From: Lama guanicoe
Lineage: Eukaryota
DNA length: 64,000 nucleotides
Reading direction: 5' to 3'
Assembly: GCA_013239625.1 (NCBI GenBank)
Contig: MU056960.1
Span: forward strand, 2,472,642 to 2,536,641
Position numbers and translations under genes: made by a program. Below are positions 24,157 to 38,741 of the stretch, in pieces. Each line of letters begins with the position of its first letter. Position 1 is the stretch's first letter. The notes beneath the pieces are model-generated. The model was not told the DNA's origin, made no database searches, and worked only from the letters and a program-made list of their open reading frames with translations.

Positions 24157-26669
24157 CTGGAAGGAAATCGGAGAGTAGTCACCACTGGACAGGGAGGCGG
24201 AGTCCGCAAGCTCCCCTCCAGGGAGTGAGCAGCACACCACTTTGTTTCAATGAGCCAAGCGTGAGCCAGGGAGATACCCCAAGTTCATCACCACCTCCCT
24301 CACAAGCCTATACCTTCACCTTGGAAATGCAGTGGCTAGGGCACACAGAGAGCCAATAAGCAAGATTTCCTAAAATTCTTAAGGTAACATGGATTACAAA
24401 GAGGTTGATTCGTGTGCAGAACGTATCGAGGAAGACTGTAGTTTGGCTAGAAATATTCCAAAGGAAATTTGTCTTGCCAGATTGCCGTCACATAAGAGAA
24501 GTTGTTTGGGCCGGGGTTAACCCAGAAGGTGCAAATAAAAACATCATCTTCTAGTCTCCCAGGTTGTCTTCTGAAGTAGGATGAGGAGGGAAAAGGGGTG
24601 GCCACATCCAGACAATTACGCAGTTTCATCACGGCCTAAAAATGAGGTAAAGGATTTGCAGACTCAAGACTACAAGCAGAGTCCTCACCAAATAACGAAG
24701 TAAAAATTGCCTTTGATTCCTTTAAATTCCTTCCTGGGGCCCACCTACACAGTGGATGAAATGCCTTTCTCCACCCTCCTCTTACCGCCTACAGGAACCG
24801 CCCACCAAGGCCATAATCCACACTCAGGGTCCCAGTCGCCGGCCGGCAAGGTGGTGAGCAGCACGCGAGCCAGGCTCACACTAACTGTGAACGTCCCACA
24901 CGGCCTCCAGGCCCAGTCTTCCAAGAGGGTGTCTCCATTTTTAAAGAAGGGCTGATTCTTACCCAAATACAGTCACTAAGTGATAAGATAATTGCTAGAT
25001 GAAAAAGAAAAGTCTGCCCCAATATATAACAAACTCATCACTGTGGCTTACTTATTACTTACATAACTAAAAAGTGTTTTTTTACAGAACTGCTGGGCCA
25101 GGGGTGAGGTGATTTCTCTGAAGACTATCTACTCAAGACTCTTATTCTTACCTTCAGCCAGTCCACTAGAAGATCCATCTAAAATTTAGTATTTGTAAAA
25201 TTTTTCCACCTGCTGTATAGCAAGTGCAGCCTCTGAAATTACAATGTTAATAGAAATTTGGACCAGGAGACAGAAGTGTAGTAGGGAAAACAGACCAAAT
25301 CAATGTCAGTCCCATGCCTCCCCAGACCTTCACAATCCAAATTCAAAGCCCGAAGGATACTGGCAGTGAGGCAGAAGGCAGGGTGCTTTTAATGGAAAGT
25401 TGGAGTTTTAACTTTACCTAAAGAACTTAAGCTTCCTCCAAATAGCACCTGGATAAATTTGAAGTTATCTTCAGAAGGAATTCTAAGGGGAATTTCTGAG
25501 TGTACAAGTTTAAAATGAAGACCAGGATCATTCCTGTAGTTACTGGAGTCTCATCGCATCTGGGTGTGTCCCATTCTCCACCCTCAAAGAGGAGGAATGA
25601 CAAAGAGACAAGACTGTACATGCCCTTAAACAACGTGCAGTTTCACCTAAGTTTCAAAAAACACACTGAAACCCTCACAAGGCTTTTGGTGTGGAAAATG
25701 ACAGACCTAATCAAGTTTTTTTTTTTTTAAGTTTTTTATGCTTTTAGAGTATAGCTAGGAAGCAAGAAGCACAACCTGTTAAAATCTGAAAAGGCAAGGG
25801 GTTAATTCTTGGAAGACCAGCACACAAGGGATGCAAGTGTTCGAGCTGAATTGTCTCAAAACAAGCAGGACTGTACCATGTGGAGGGTCTGGTTTCCAGA
25901 CTTGTGCTCCTGAAGACTAACGTGCTGAAAGAAACAAAAGGCCCAAACCTACACAAACCCCACATGCGCACAGAGCGGCAGCCCTGACTCCCAGGCACGC
26001 TGACTCACCAGGGTTTGCTGCTCGGCTCCTGCTGCTGAGGGAAGACCAGGTACCTGGCAGGAAAAGAGGATTTCCTGGCTTCTGACTGACCCAGCTCCCC
26101 CAGGCCACTCACCGCTGCCCCTGCTGGACAGAGGCTTCATTGTACCAGCTTCCTCCAAATCCTGGCGCCAAGGCCTTCAGGTAGGGACAGAGCAGATGGG
26201 CCTCCCAAAGAGGCCGTAACCCATTACCCAACCAGCCCTCCACATCAAAGCATCTTTGGTGACCTGACACAGCAGAACCAGCTGAAATCTGAAGGCTTTC
26301 AACATGCCCAGCAGATGGAAAAAAGGAGGGGAAAGATCCATTCTGACAGATGATCAGTCAGGAAGTGCTGCCAAAAGGCTGGATTCCTTTCTTCCATTCT
26401 GGGCCTTTCCTTTGAAACACCCTCACCCAGCTGTGAGTTGAAGCAGGCAGTGGTCTCAAGCCAGAAGGAAGTACTTCCAGATCTGATGAGCACGGCCCTG
26501 ATGACTCCATGGGCTCCCTTCTTTTGTGTCTACGTCTCTGGAAAAACAGTTCTCTGCGTCCAGAGGTTTCCCCAGGTGCAATCATGGTGCTCGGCCCTGT
26601 GTCCCAGGCTGGCAGCACGTCAAGTGTTTTAAGGCTGAAAGTCTCCCTGGACCCACTAGCGGTTGGTTA

Positions 26670-26870
26670 ATAGCTAGTAACAGCAGTTATCAATTATTGA
26701 ACACTTGATGTCGTGCCAGGCACTATGCTAAGCACTTTACGGACATTAAAACTCCGATATCCTCACCACAACCCCATTTAAACAGAGGGGAAGCTGAGGC
26801 ACAAAGAAAATTACCCAAGATCATAAGCAGAACCTGGCTTGAAAAACCAGGACCTTTTACCACTAGGCTA
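26670..26870 (-). mobile_element. MIR SINE (antisense)
   Basis: ttattgaacact...gtgccaggcactatgctaagcacttt...cctcaccacaacccc...gaagctgaggcaca. Confidence 0.8.
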
Positions 26871-27129
26871 GACTGCTAAGCCCACCTACATCAGATCATG
26901 TAGGGAAATCCCACCAATGGATGGATCCCGAGCTCAGGAGTGGTGCCACAGCAATCCCAGAGCAGCAAGATTTACAACTGGGCACTGGAAAGAGAACACA
27001 TAGTCTGTGCCCAGTGTTCAAGGCTCAAGAAGGGCGTCCCAGCCACTGCCCTCTCCCAGGCAGGATGCCCTTAAGAGTCAGCCTCACCAGAGGCAGGGAC
27101 TAGAGTTCTTAAACCTCTGATGCTTGAGC

Positions 27130-27320
27130 CCACCAGCATGGTTAAAAGCTCCAACACTGCCACTGGTTGTCTGACCTTGATCAAAACCTGAACTTCCTCA
27201 ACCTGCAAAATGCTACTTCAAAGAGCAGTTGTTAAGGATTCAGTCAGGAAATGCAGGTAAAGGGCACCTGGCACACACTGTCCCCTACACAGAAAATACT
27301 TGCTATGACAGCTACTGCTG
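27130..27320 (+). mobile_element. MIR SINE
   Basis: gcatggttaaaagc...tgaccttg...cctgcaaaatg...aggattcagtcagg...cacctggcacac. Confidence 0.65.
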
Positions 27321-28004
27321 TTATTAACAGCCAAGCAGTAACTGGTCAGCCTGACAGGCGACTCAGCTTGTCCCATCCGAACCCTGGCTCCAGGCTTCGG
27401 CTTCCCCAGGCTCAGACAGGATGCTGATCATGCACTTGGGTCCCGCTCAAAAACGGTCTCTTAAACTCTAGCACTGACCCTGCTCAAATGCATCACTGGT
27501 GAGAAATCCATGAGGGATCAGATTCTCTGTAGCATAAGACTTGTGGACTGATCCTGAATACAATCAAGCTGGGTGTTTGCTGTGCCCTATGGATACTGTG
27601 GACTGCTGGTCACTCCCTGCCCCTAACCTGGGGCAAGCTTCCAGTCAGTTGCAGACTCCATTCCCTTTCCACCGAGTCCCAGCTCTGTGGGTCTACAAAG
27701 GACAGGATTTTTAGCTTGCTACTCATTTATACGCATTTAACGGAACTGCCTGACCAGTGGTCCTCCTGCCGCCTCTCTGAAGTAGAAACCTCAAACAGTC
27801 TGGGTGCCCCAGAGCCCAATTTCATCGACACAGCTATCACTGTAATGTACTAACAAATGCAAACTTTTTGTATTTGTTACTACATTATAACAGCTATGTG
27901 CAGATATAGCTCTGTGAAGGAATTACCCCCATCTCATAGGAAAAGAAACGGAGGCACACCGAGGTCAAGGAGCTTTCTAGGAAGGGAGAAGCTGGAACCG
28001 AGTA

Positions 28005-28195
28005 AGAGGATGGGCTCTGGGAACAGACAAACCTGGATCTGAATCATGGTGATGGCACCCACTCTGTGACTATCAGCATGTAATTTTAAAATGAACAGCT
28101 GAACCTCAAGGACTGGTGGGTGAACAAAATAATCCATGTAAAGTGCTCTGCTCATAAAAAATATTCAGTAAATGCCAGCCTTTATTATAGTTGTT
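28005..28195 (+). mobile_element. MIR SINE
   Basis: gggctctgggaacagacaaacctggatctgaatc...atccatgtaaagtgct...ttcagtaaatg. Confidence 0.7.
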
Positions 28196-29349
28196 ATCGC
28201 GAAGTTGGTGACAGAATCAAGCCTCCCTTCTCCTAGAGCAGTGCTCTTCTCAGCAGCCGGGCCGGGTCTCCTGGGGCAGGCCGGGTACGCTGCCACCCAC
28301 AGCAGCTCTCCTGCCCTTGCAGTGACTCTGCCCTCCAGTCACAGGAGACACACATGACTGGAATGGAGCAAGGGACAAGGAGGGGTGGGAAGAAAGGAAA
28401 GGCAGGAAGAAAAAAAGGGGGGGAGTCACAAACCAGGAAACCTACTTCCAGGCACATCTTTGTGGGTTTACTTGAAAGCCTAGAGACAGGAACTGCTCAG
28501 TTTACGCTACAGCAAGATCAGCCTCCAGGTTTTCGCCTTCAGCCTCAGCGCCAAATTCTTCTGCTTCTCTCTTTCCCTCCCTCCTCCTCTGCTCATCAGC
28601 ATCCAGCCTCCCTCTTCCCCTGTGCCAGCCCCAGCTGCTATTCCTGGGGACGGGCTTGGCTGCCTGCCCAGCTCCGGGCCTGAAGCTGGCTCTGCTGGGC
28701 TGAGGGCAATCCCAGAGGTCGTGGTCCCTATGGATGCTCTGGCTCCACAGAGAGCCAGAGAAGAGAGGCCGGGAGGCTGCTGCTGTCTTAGGCAGTTCTA
28801 TGGAGTGAGGACCAGGCAAGTCCTCTCTGCCAGGACTTACTATCTACCTCTGAGACAGAACCACCTCTTACGGAACAGAATCCCCATGAAGGGCTAACCA
28901 CACAAAGGCACAGTGCAAATGGAGACAGGAAAGGAGAAAGGAGCGTGAACCAGTGTTATGGAAAGAAAGGTGGAGGGACTGATGAGAGGAACACAGGGCT
29001 GTATGCTTCATATACACCATCACCTCAAACCTCACCACCACCTAGCTTGTCAGGGCTCTTACTGATCAGGAAACTGGGGTTTCTTAGCCACTAAGCAGTG
29101 GGACTAGGAAATAAAACCAGTCTGTCAGACTCCAAAGTTTACCCAATGGAAAGGTTTCACAAAGATGGGGTCTTGTTCTGGTCCTTCAATGACTGGAAGC
29201 GTGGAGTGGAAAGGAAGGAGGCAGAGGGCCAATCTGGTTGGTCCAAACTGAGAGAGGATTTTAATGAGAGAGGAAATGTTTATTAATAGCAGCATCTTTT
29301 AAATTATATATATATATGTGTATTGAGAAGATTGATGTGACTTGTCACA

Positions 29350-29515
29350 TTTGACACACTGTAACTCCACGAAGAAGATAATGTAATCTTCAGTTTACAG
29401 AGGGGGAAACTGAACAGAGTTTAAGGGATTTGGCCTGCGATCACACAGCCAGTCTATAAAGGAAAAGGGATTCAAAAGCCCAGGCAGTCTGACTGAACTT
29501 GCCATTCTACATCAC
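29350..29515 (-). mobile_element. MIR SINE (antisense)
   Basis: tttacagagggggaaactga...gatcacacagccagt...gggattcaaa...ccaggcagtctgact. Confidence 0.75.
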
Positions 29516-32484
29516 TGGCCTCACGACTTGCTGCTCTCGGCTGTGATGTATGCCGGGATACACCCTTCCCCTGAGGAGAGGACGACGGCCCAAGAAGAAA
29601 AGACACATTATCAACACCTAAATGCACTCCAGAGGCACTGAGTCACCAGGAATAGAGCAAACTCCCAGGAAGCCTTCGGCTCCGGTCTGGGACCTTCCCA
29701 AGCAGCGTGTGCCTCTGATCAAGTCACTTAGCCTCTCTGAGTTTCTGTGATCCCGACATTTAAGTCCTTCCACCAAGTCTAATACTGTGGGACTCCCTTC
29801 ACTTTTTGGCATCCGAAGAGGCTGAAATTCTGAATTTGTATTTTGCCTCCTGAGTGAACAGCTCTCATACCTCTTGCCCAAGCCTGTTAGAGCCAAGGGA
29901 AAACAAGAAAAGTCCAAAAGGAGCCAGAAAGCAGGGGAACTCCGATCTGAACAGGAGGTAAAAGATCACACTGTTTTTGCAGCCTTCCCTCTCCTCATCA
30001 TCTTAGTTTGATCTCCGCAAGGTCAGAAATAGGCCCTGACATACAGAAAACAGACCAGTGCAAGCTGGCTCACTGCTTCAGCTGGCTGGGGCCGGAAGCT
30101 CACTCCAAGGAATGCTGTGTTGGCTGCTGACGGGGAGCCTGTCACCCAAGGAACAGCCTTGTGAAACGAGGAGCTAAAACACAGAGAGCAAATGCTGACA
30201 GTGTCGGCAAGACACTCGAGATCTACTCTGAGATTTCCTTGAGAGAAGGGACCAGTCCAATCCACCCCTCCCATTCTGTTCCCATCCAGTGTCTATTAAG
30301 AAGCAAGAAGCCACTGAGAGATCCTGGTGTTTCTATGTATTAGCAAGAAGAAACCCATCTTTCCAAGTTTCACCCAAACGGTTAGCACAGCTAGTTGGGT
30401 GCATGTTTTTACTGCTTACTGTATATGCCAGTCACCTAGCTGCCAGGGGCTGAAGCGGCTGTACTGGCAAAAGCTACCCCCTGGGGGAGCCTCAAAGCAA
30501 GACCACAAGAGCCTCTTGATCCCAACTGGCAGCTGCAGACGCTGAACGACCTGAGAAAAAGATGGGAAATGGGTGGTGCCCGTTTATAAGCTACTTCCTA
30601 GAGAGTAAACTTGCAAAAATAACAAGGAGGAAAGACTGAGGGAATACTTTAAACTCGCTGTCATTCGGAACTTGAGACTTACAAGATCACCTTTGGAGAC
30701 TAGGTCTTACCCAGAGCTTCCCGGGAGGAAAGCTGTTCCCTCTGCCAAAGCAAACGAGACCCGTCTGCTGCTGTTTTCATGCTTGTACAAAACTTTTTGT
30801 CCTAAAATGTACTGCAAGCCGCGAGCTCAGACAGCAGTTCCAGTTAGGGATGCGTAGGAACACATGACTTTCTACATCAACCAATCTCAAAAGCGTAAAA
30901 GAAAAGAGGGGCAAAGGCAGAGAGGGAGGAAGGAAAGACAAAATCTTTTCAAAAAGAAAATAAGCCAGTTGGTTTTATTTCTGTAAAATAATCTTAGGTC
31001 ACAAGACTGAGACCAGCCAGCTCTGTACGAAGTAATTTTTTTCTTTTCTTTTTAAAGGATTCTCACTGTTCCTTACCTTGCATACTTCAAACATACTAAA
31101 AAGAATATATGCGCAGTTGAGGCCTGAGGACTGAAGCCAGGGGGGCTGGCCAGAGCAAATGTGACTTGCCAAACACAACCAAGCCAACACGCACTCACAC
31201 TGTAAAGGTTCCAAACACCGAATGATCAAGCACATTTGGTCTCTGGGCTCCAGAGGTGAGCTACATGTTTAATCCCATACGACTCAAAATAACCAAAAAA
31301 GAGCTCAATTATTTTACTGACCCACACTTGGAATATTTTTTGCTGTCACCATTGATCTGGACAGGTCTGACTAACCACTGACGTGCAAAGTGAGCAGGTG
31401 TCACTAAGGGGCACCACATTTCTAGACTGGCCACTCTCTTTGCTTCTGCTCCAGCTTTTTCATTCCCTTTACCTGTTTAAAACCAGAGGGCTGCCTTGGA
31501 TTTGAGCTTTATGGTAAAAATGGTCTGCCTGTTACATTCTTTACCTCCCATTTTCGCTTGGAGCTTGTCCTCAGGATACAGCCTCATTAGGCCACAGCCA
31601 ACGCAGAACCACTGGTTAGGCACCGATTCCCTGCTGGCAGTTAGCATATGGATACCAGCCACCCTGGAGGTTTACCTGACATGGATAATCAGTCCTCGAA
31701 CACCAAGTTACCCCATGAACTATTTACTTTTCAGCCACCTTTTGAGGAATTCAGTAGGCAGCAGTGACTGAAAAATAGCAGGAGATGAGATTTGGTTTTC
31801 ACATCTAAGTAAAAGAAAGGCAAGAAAGGAAATTGTGAAATGAGTAGAGATGAGAAAGGAACCCAATATAAAGATGATAAATGTCTTGGACACTTGAATG
31901 ACCACAAATGTATAGATGTGGCTTCTAGAGCCACATTTCCTCTAAACTGGCTTTAGACTGATCACATGGAAACTAATCAATTTCTTAAATGTTTGCCAAT
32001 TCTAAAAAAAAAGAGAAAAAAAAAATCCAGCACCCTCACTTGTACCTCTTCCTGCACCCACACCCAGTCCAGTCCACACATCCGCACCAACAGTTCATTC
32101 TTCCTTCCATTCTCACCCATCCATAGCTGTTACTCTGCAAGCCAGTAACTCAGCAAATAGTTACCCGAACCCTACCATGTGCCACGCACTGTGAGACTTG
32201 CCAAGGAAACAGAGAAAAATAAAACCGCACAGGGCCTTGCCCCTAGGGTGAGTCGTTTAAAAAAAAAAAAAAAGAAGAGTCCAAATTCATTAAGGCCACA
32301 TTTACCAGTTTTTTTTCCTAGCGGCCCATGACAGAAGCTGACTGCTGGTGCACAGCAGACAGGAAGAGGAAGAAGCACAGAATAAAGACTTGTTCAGTAA
32401 AAGAATATGTTTTCAACCACATCAGTAAGCTGAGCAGAGAAGTGGGGCCACTAAGGCTTTCTTTCCTGCCGCCGAATTCAAAAG

Positions 32485-33245
32485 CGTTACATAGTTATTC
32501 TGTAAAATTTAGAAAATACGGAGAGGCATAAAGAGGGAAAAAAGGTCTCCTAACATCCCACTACCTGCAATTAATATTTTGGAGTGTAACCTTTCAGTCC
32601 TTCATATGAGCACATATGGATGGCACACGCAAACACATGCATGTACATATTATACACACTGAACTTTTAAACAAAACTGGGTCATACTGTACATTCTATT
32701 TCGCCAACTTTTTCACTGAACATTTTTTTATATAAATCTTCTCTCATCAAATGCTTTTAAAAGAGCAGCAATTCAATGGCCGTACTGGTGTCACCACTAA
32801 CACACCAGCTATTTCACATAACCCATGGACTATTTATAGCCTACTATTCAATCTGTCAAAAATTTGGTGCTGCACTGCAGAGGGGTTGCAAAAAGGTTGA
32901 GACTCTCTGTTAAAACATATCTGATAGTCGGGTCTTCCACTGATAATTTGTCAGTTTAATCTCTCAATGTTGGACATTTAGCTTGCTTCCAGCAGTTCAC
33001 TCTTATTAGAAATACTCGGATAATAAACAGAACATGCAGCTAAAATTCAGCACATTTATAATTATTTCCTGAGAATAAACTCCTAGAAGTGGATCAACAG
33101 ATCAAAGACTATGCAAAAAAAAGACATATTATATATATAATCCAATCTGAATTCACCAAACAGTAGTGTCAACTTACAGCTGTCAGGGAGTGTTTTGAGA
33201 ATGTGTACTTCTCCCAATATCATCTTATAACATTCAATTTCTTTA
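32485..33245 (-). mobile_element. Degenerate L1ME-type 3' fragment with an internal insertion
   Basis: aatttagaaaatacggagaggcataaag...tgttggacatttagcttgcttccag...tcctgagaataaactcctagaagtgga. Confidence 0.65.
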
Positions 33246-33829
33246 AAAAAAAAAGAAAAAAAAAACCAATCTTACCAAAAGCACTTTAAGACATTACATT
33301 TAAGGAAAAATATCAAACCAGCAATGGAGGATGGAAAAACAAGTAAAGAGAGAGACCATTTGCTTTACTATAAGTGACATCAAAAGACTGCAAATCCAAC
33401 AATATTGGCTCCGAGGATTTCAAAACAGTGTTATTAAATGATAGGGGGTGGGGTGCAGAGTAAGGGGCAGAAAGAGATTAACCATAAGGATATCTTTCAA
33501 TTATAGCTAAATTTTCCCAATTTCTTCTTTCAAAAGGAAAATCAAACTTCATGCCCCCCCCCACCACAAAAAAGAAAATGCACATCTTAAGGTCTAAAAA
33601 ACAACAGTCCCTCTACCATAGGTTTAGCATACGGGGAGAAGGGTCTGACCCACGGAATAGAACCTGAGTGAACCACTGTCCCAAGGGAGCCAGAGACCCG
33701 TTCAAAATGGAACTGTGGCACCCCTGAAATGGTTAACAGGCTGGCTTTAGCCCATGACTTCTTATGCGGCTTTCTAGCTTCAGACTGGACCAAAGGATAT
33801 TACTGCTTGCAGCAGAGATTTGTCTGCCC

Positions 33830-34345
33830 CTGAGCATCCAGGTGGCTACCCAACGTTCACTCCAAGATCCCCTCTCCCTCACTCTTGGCCATGTCGTTGG
33901 GTGGGGCTCATAATGGACTATGTGCTCCAAGCCCATCACAGCCTCCCATGCCCCTGGCTTCAGTGACTGGGTTAGGGATACGCAGGTGACCTGAGCCAGA
34001 CAGAGTGAATCTGAGCACTGAAAGCAAAGTAGGTTGAGCTGTCACAGTCATCTTACCAGAAAGAACACCAGGGAAAGTAATAATGCCCACCAAAGGGTCA
34101 CTGTGAGGACTGAACAGTCCCTTCTTACCAGAGTGGTCTCAATTCTAATGCTTATGAGAACCAAGAATAAAATCACTGCCAGGAGACAAAGAGAAAATCA
34201 GTGCCAAAGGCATTATTTGCACCGAGATTCCAACTATACCTCAAGTCAGATAAAAGCCTGAACTTCACAGTTACATGAGCCAATAAATTCTCCCTTTGCA
34301 TATAAGCCAGATGCCAAGTTTTCTGTCACAACAAAAATAGTCCCT
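33830..34345 (+). mobile_element. MaLR solo LTR (MLT1J/K-like)
   Basis: cccctggcttcagtgactgggttaggga...gtgacctgagccag and the 3' end cagttacatgagccaataaattctccctttgcatataagccag...ttttctgtcac. Confidence 0.75.
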
Positions 34346-35829
34346 TTCAAGACATAGCTGTGTCACTCAGATCTCTTCTACTCACAGAGACTCACCACGG
34401 TCAAGACCAACTTACTAGGCCACAGTTTCAACCCAATATATCAGGGGGAACCTTAGCTGAACACCAGGACCAATGATCCCAAACTCGAGCAAACTGTAAA
34501 ATTCCACTGTAACTGGGTGGGCCATGAGGCTGCTATTTAAAAGATGGTATGATTAATGAAGCAAAAAGAACCTTGCCGGTTGCAATTTTTACAACCTTAG
34601 GCCTCCTTCAAGCAGCTGTGCGCAGAGCTCTTAACAGCTGCTTTATTCTACTGTATATACATTTCCTGTCATCGTCAGGTTCCCAGGCAGGAACCGCCTC
34701 CCAGCACTCAGACACCACGTGAAAGGCTGTCAAGCAAGAGCTCCTGGAAGTCTTTCTCCATGCAATAACATGATTAATCTTCTGACTGAAATAGGTATTT
34801 GATCTAAACCACATCCTATGAAACTGAAAGACCAGACCTGACCAGAACTTGGCTACCCTCTAGGTTTCAATTACTACTACCGAAACAATTTCTCTTTGGT
34901 TTCAAGCACTGAAGAGCCTATTAAGAAAGTACTCAGGTTTTGAAGACGGTGACAGGAAATGCTAATGTTTGTGTGTCTTTATTGGAAATACATTCCCACC
35001 CCAAGGTTCAGGCTTTTGCTTTTTTTTAAACAGTTACTTATTTCACAAATGTGCATTCATATGGCACGAGGCCAAAGGGTACATTAACATGTATACAGAT
35101 ACGCAGATAATTAAATAATAGAGCTCTATACCTGGTGGCTGGCATCGTGGTATTCAGGCTTGGCAAAGGAAGATATCTGATGATTCCAGCCCAGTTCCTG
35201 TCCACTTCCCGCCCATAATGACCTGACAAAATTGCCACCACCATTATAATGGCCATCACAATGCTGTCTGTTAAAACTCTGCCCTAGCAGCTGGGCTCTA
35301 TTTGAAAAAGAAACAAACAACAAAAAAACCAATATGAGAAAATCGTAAAATAAAGCAGCAGTGTCAGAAGTTCTTTGGTCATGAATACTTTTGAAAATTT
35401 GAAGACAGTTTCGACCCCAGAATAAATTGCACATATACACATACACTCAGACTCAAACTTTGCATCCCGTGACTGGAGGGGTCCATGAAATTACATGCAG
35501 CTTTTCTGAATTACATGAGGGTTTTACCTGCACTGCAACCGCATTCCTTCCCTTCACTCAAAACCAACTGCAGAGACTGCGGCTCCTACAGCCATTCCAG
35601 TGCAGCCTTGCACCTTCTGGGAAGGACAGGACACACTCTGGACACAGAATACCTGGATCTGTACAGCCCAGCTCTATCTACTCCCCAGCACATACTGAAT
35701 CACTCTGCACCTGTTTTCTCACCTGAAAACTGGGACAATCAAAGGGTCACTGTGAAGAACAAACGGCTCCTTCAAGTCAGATGGGTCTCGGTTCAAACGC
35801 TGAGATGCGTCCCCTGTCCAACCAACTGA

Positions 35830-36040
35830 AGTGCCATCTCCCTCTTACCCAGCCCACTATTTTACTTCTTCACACCATACTACTCTCTGAAATTCTTGTT
35901 AACTTATTTACTGTCCGCTCCCCCTGCTAGAAGGTAACTGCCACAAGAGCAGGGATTTAATCATATTCACCATTTTGTCCCGTGCACCGAAGCCGTGTCA
36001 TGTAAGCAAGTGTTTGTCAAATGTCTACTGAATGAACAAT
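35830..36040 (+). mobile_element. L2 3' fragment
   Basis: cccctgctagaaggtaactgccacaagagcagggat...aaatgtctactgaatgaa. Confidence 0.75.
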
Positions 36041-38687
36041 AATCACTGATATTTAATGAGCACTTCTGTACACAGCTCGAATCTGTGCACTTTAAATGTA
36101 TGTATTTCCAATAAAGACACACATACATGACTGAATAAATGAGTCTGACACACTTAACACTGTCCCTAGCACATAGTTAGTTCTCAATAAATGACCGCTA
36201 TTGATATCAATTCTAATTATGTGATGTTATCAAATACTCAACAGTAAAGGGATCTGAGCCCTAAGGATATAAAGTAGAACTTAATTTCACCTCTCAAGAG
36301 CTGGTTCCTAAGGTCCAATTTCTCCTGGACTCCTCTTCTCCCAACACTCTACTACCTCCAAAAAGAAAGCAGGAAATTGTCTCAATGTTCCAATTATTCC
36401 TTACCCCCATCAGTTATCAGATAATGTGATACAAACACAGCCAGCAGTATACAGTTCCCATCTCTCTTCACTCCACAAGCTAATTTTCACCTCAAACACA
36501 GCAAAAGCCAAAATTTGAAGCTGAAATTGGGAGATGTTCATCCTGTTGTGCCTCTTTTTCACCTGCACCTAAGTCCCTTGGAAAAAAATCACATAATAAT
36601 GGAAATCGCTCTCCTTTTAGCAAGGGTGGACGTCCAGACAGTTTATTTAAGCCACAGCCATGCAGCAGTCTAGGAAGCTGAAAAGATTTGCCAAGCAGGT
36701 GAACCCCAGTGGAAAAACCTTCCGGTGCTGGTCTGAACTGCCTCTTCTCTACTTCGAAAAACAAATGAATCACATTTAAGGTGTCTAGAGATGCAAGGGC
36801 AAAGGCCAGCAGCTTTTCTGCATACTACACAGTGAGCATGAAGAACTCACCGCCAGTTTTACACTTCTTAAGATATCTTGTTCCACTGAAGTATTTTCTA
36901 AAATTCGCCTGATGACAGATTGGCTTTTAACCCTGAGGGATGAAGCACAACCTTGTACAAAGAGAATAACGGATGTGGACCATCAAGGTCCTCCATTTCT
37001 TCAGAACCCCCTGAGACAATGGGCTATGTTTCATGCAACGGCAAGAAAAGACCAAGAACTGAAGTCCTAATCAGGGCTTTCAAAGTCAGACACGCTTGCC
37101 AAGAAAGCAAAGGGCAGATTCCACCTCCACTGGCTGGCAGGCCCACACGTTCTGTCGAGCCGTGTGAAACAGCCAGTTCTTGCCCTCCCCACCCCCGGGC
37201 CCAGTATTTGCGGGTAGCAACACCAGTGACTTTTCTAGGAGACTGTTTCATAAAAATAGAGCTTCCAATTTTAGGTCTAAAACTGAAAAGAAAAATAGCC
37301 AGAAGTAGAAGTCTGTTTTAACACAATATATTGAAAATTACAAGTTTAAGTGCTGGTAGTTGGGGACGGGGATCATACCACCACATGACTTCCCAGTGAG
37401 TCATAAAAAACAGCGCAGGCTTGTTTAACAGTGGATACCCACCGGTAACAGTGCTAAGAAGTGAATGTGTCAGACAGATGGAAGACTAACCTGACACTCC
37501 TTCTCCACTTGTTTTAGCAGGGGCAGGACTGACACAAATTAACTACAGCAGCAATTTACAAGATAAATGTTAATAAACCTCTTTGGAGGCTAGTCAAAGA
37601 GGAAACGTTTGAAACCCTGAATATGATTCATTTTTCAGCAGTTTAAGAGGGGGAAAAAAACCCTCTAAACTATTAATAAATCACTAACTGAAACATTTCA
37701 GGATTTCTAACACCTATTCTTGATTAACATACCTTTGTGTCAAAAGCAAAAGCCAAGTGCCAGCATTTAACAACAAGCTGCTACCCTTTCAGTTATGAGA
37801 ATCAGTGGAGCTAGAAGAGAACAACAAAAATTAATCTTCAGGCCTAGATGGATACTGTCTTTGCTAATAAGGTAATAAAGACCTCCCCAAAGGGCTTCTG
37901 GGTACCATAAATTATATAACAAATCCACTTCTGCCAAGCAGCCAGGATTAACTCCTATTCATCCAGGGTACGACTCATGTTACCAGTGGGCTTATCAAAA
38001 TGGAAGAGTCATCATCCACCACTGCTCACTGCACATCAGTTTGCTGACATCAACTACTCATTACGAAAGAAGTCACTTAACAATCTTAAAACTCTTGACA
38101 CTTGTTCCTCCTAGACAAATTTTTTTTCAAAAAAACAGAGAAGAAAATATTTCATTAACTTCTCCCCCAGTAAGTCCTTCTGACTGATTTTTTTTAATTG
38201 TCTATGATGACACTGTATTATAATAGACAATCATTTCCACTACGCATTCAAGGCCTGAATGCATTATACGTTATTTACTCCTATGGAACATAAACACTCA
38301 TGGCTCCTAAGCAAACAGTTAAAAATGGCAAGCACAGAAGAGAAAGATTGCAGTTTAGTGAGGGCATCTTGGATTTAAGTTCCAAGAAGGCAGGGAATGT
38401 GTATGGTAACGTGAAAAGGGCTAACTGGCACCTAACGCTTTCTCAATTCAAACTTGTGTTTTACTCTTTCTCAAAATTAAGGATAATGCTTCTCAAGTCA
38501 ACTTTTTAAAGATACAAAGTTTAAACTGCTTCTTTCAGAAAAAACTATACTACAATAGAGAGAGCTTTTTTGTTTAGTATGCTAAGTCTTTCCATCTCTA
38601 CAAAATGAGGGCTTGAACTAGACCCATGTCTTTCAGACTTTAACTACAACCTTCAGTGAGAAACACATGTTACATCCTGGCCAAATG

Positions 38688-38741
38688 CACACACACACAC
38701 ACAAACATATACATACACACACACACACGTGCACACACACA
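38688..38741 (+). repeat. Imperfect (CA)n microsatellite inside a hAT MITE
   Basis: Seen directly. Confidence 0.85.
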
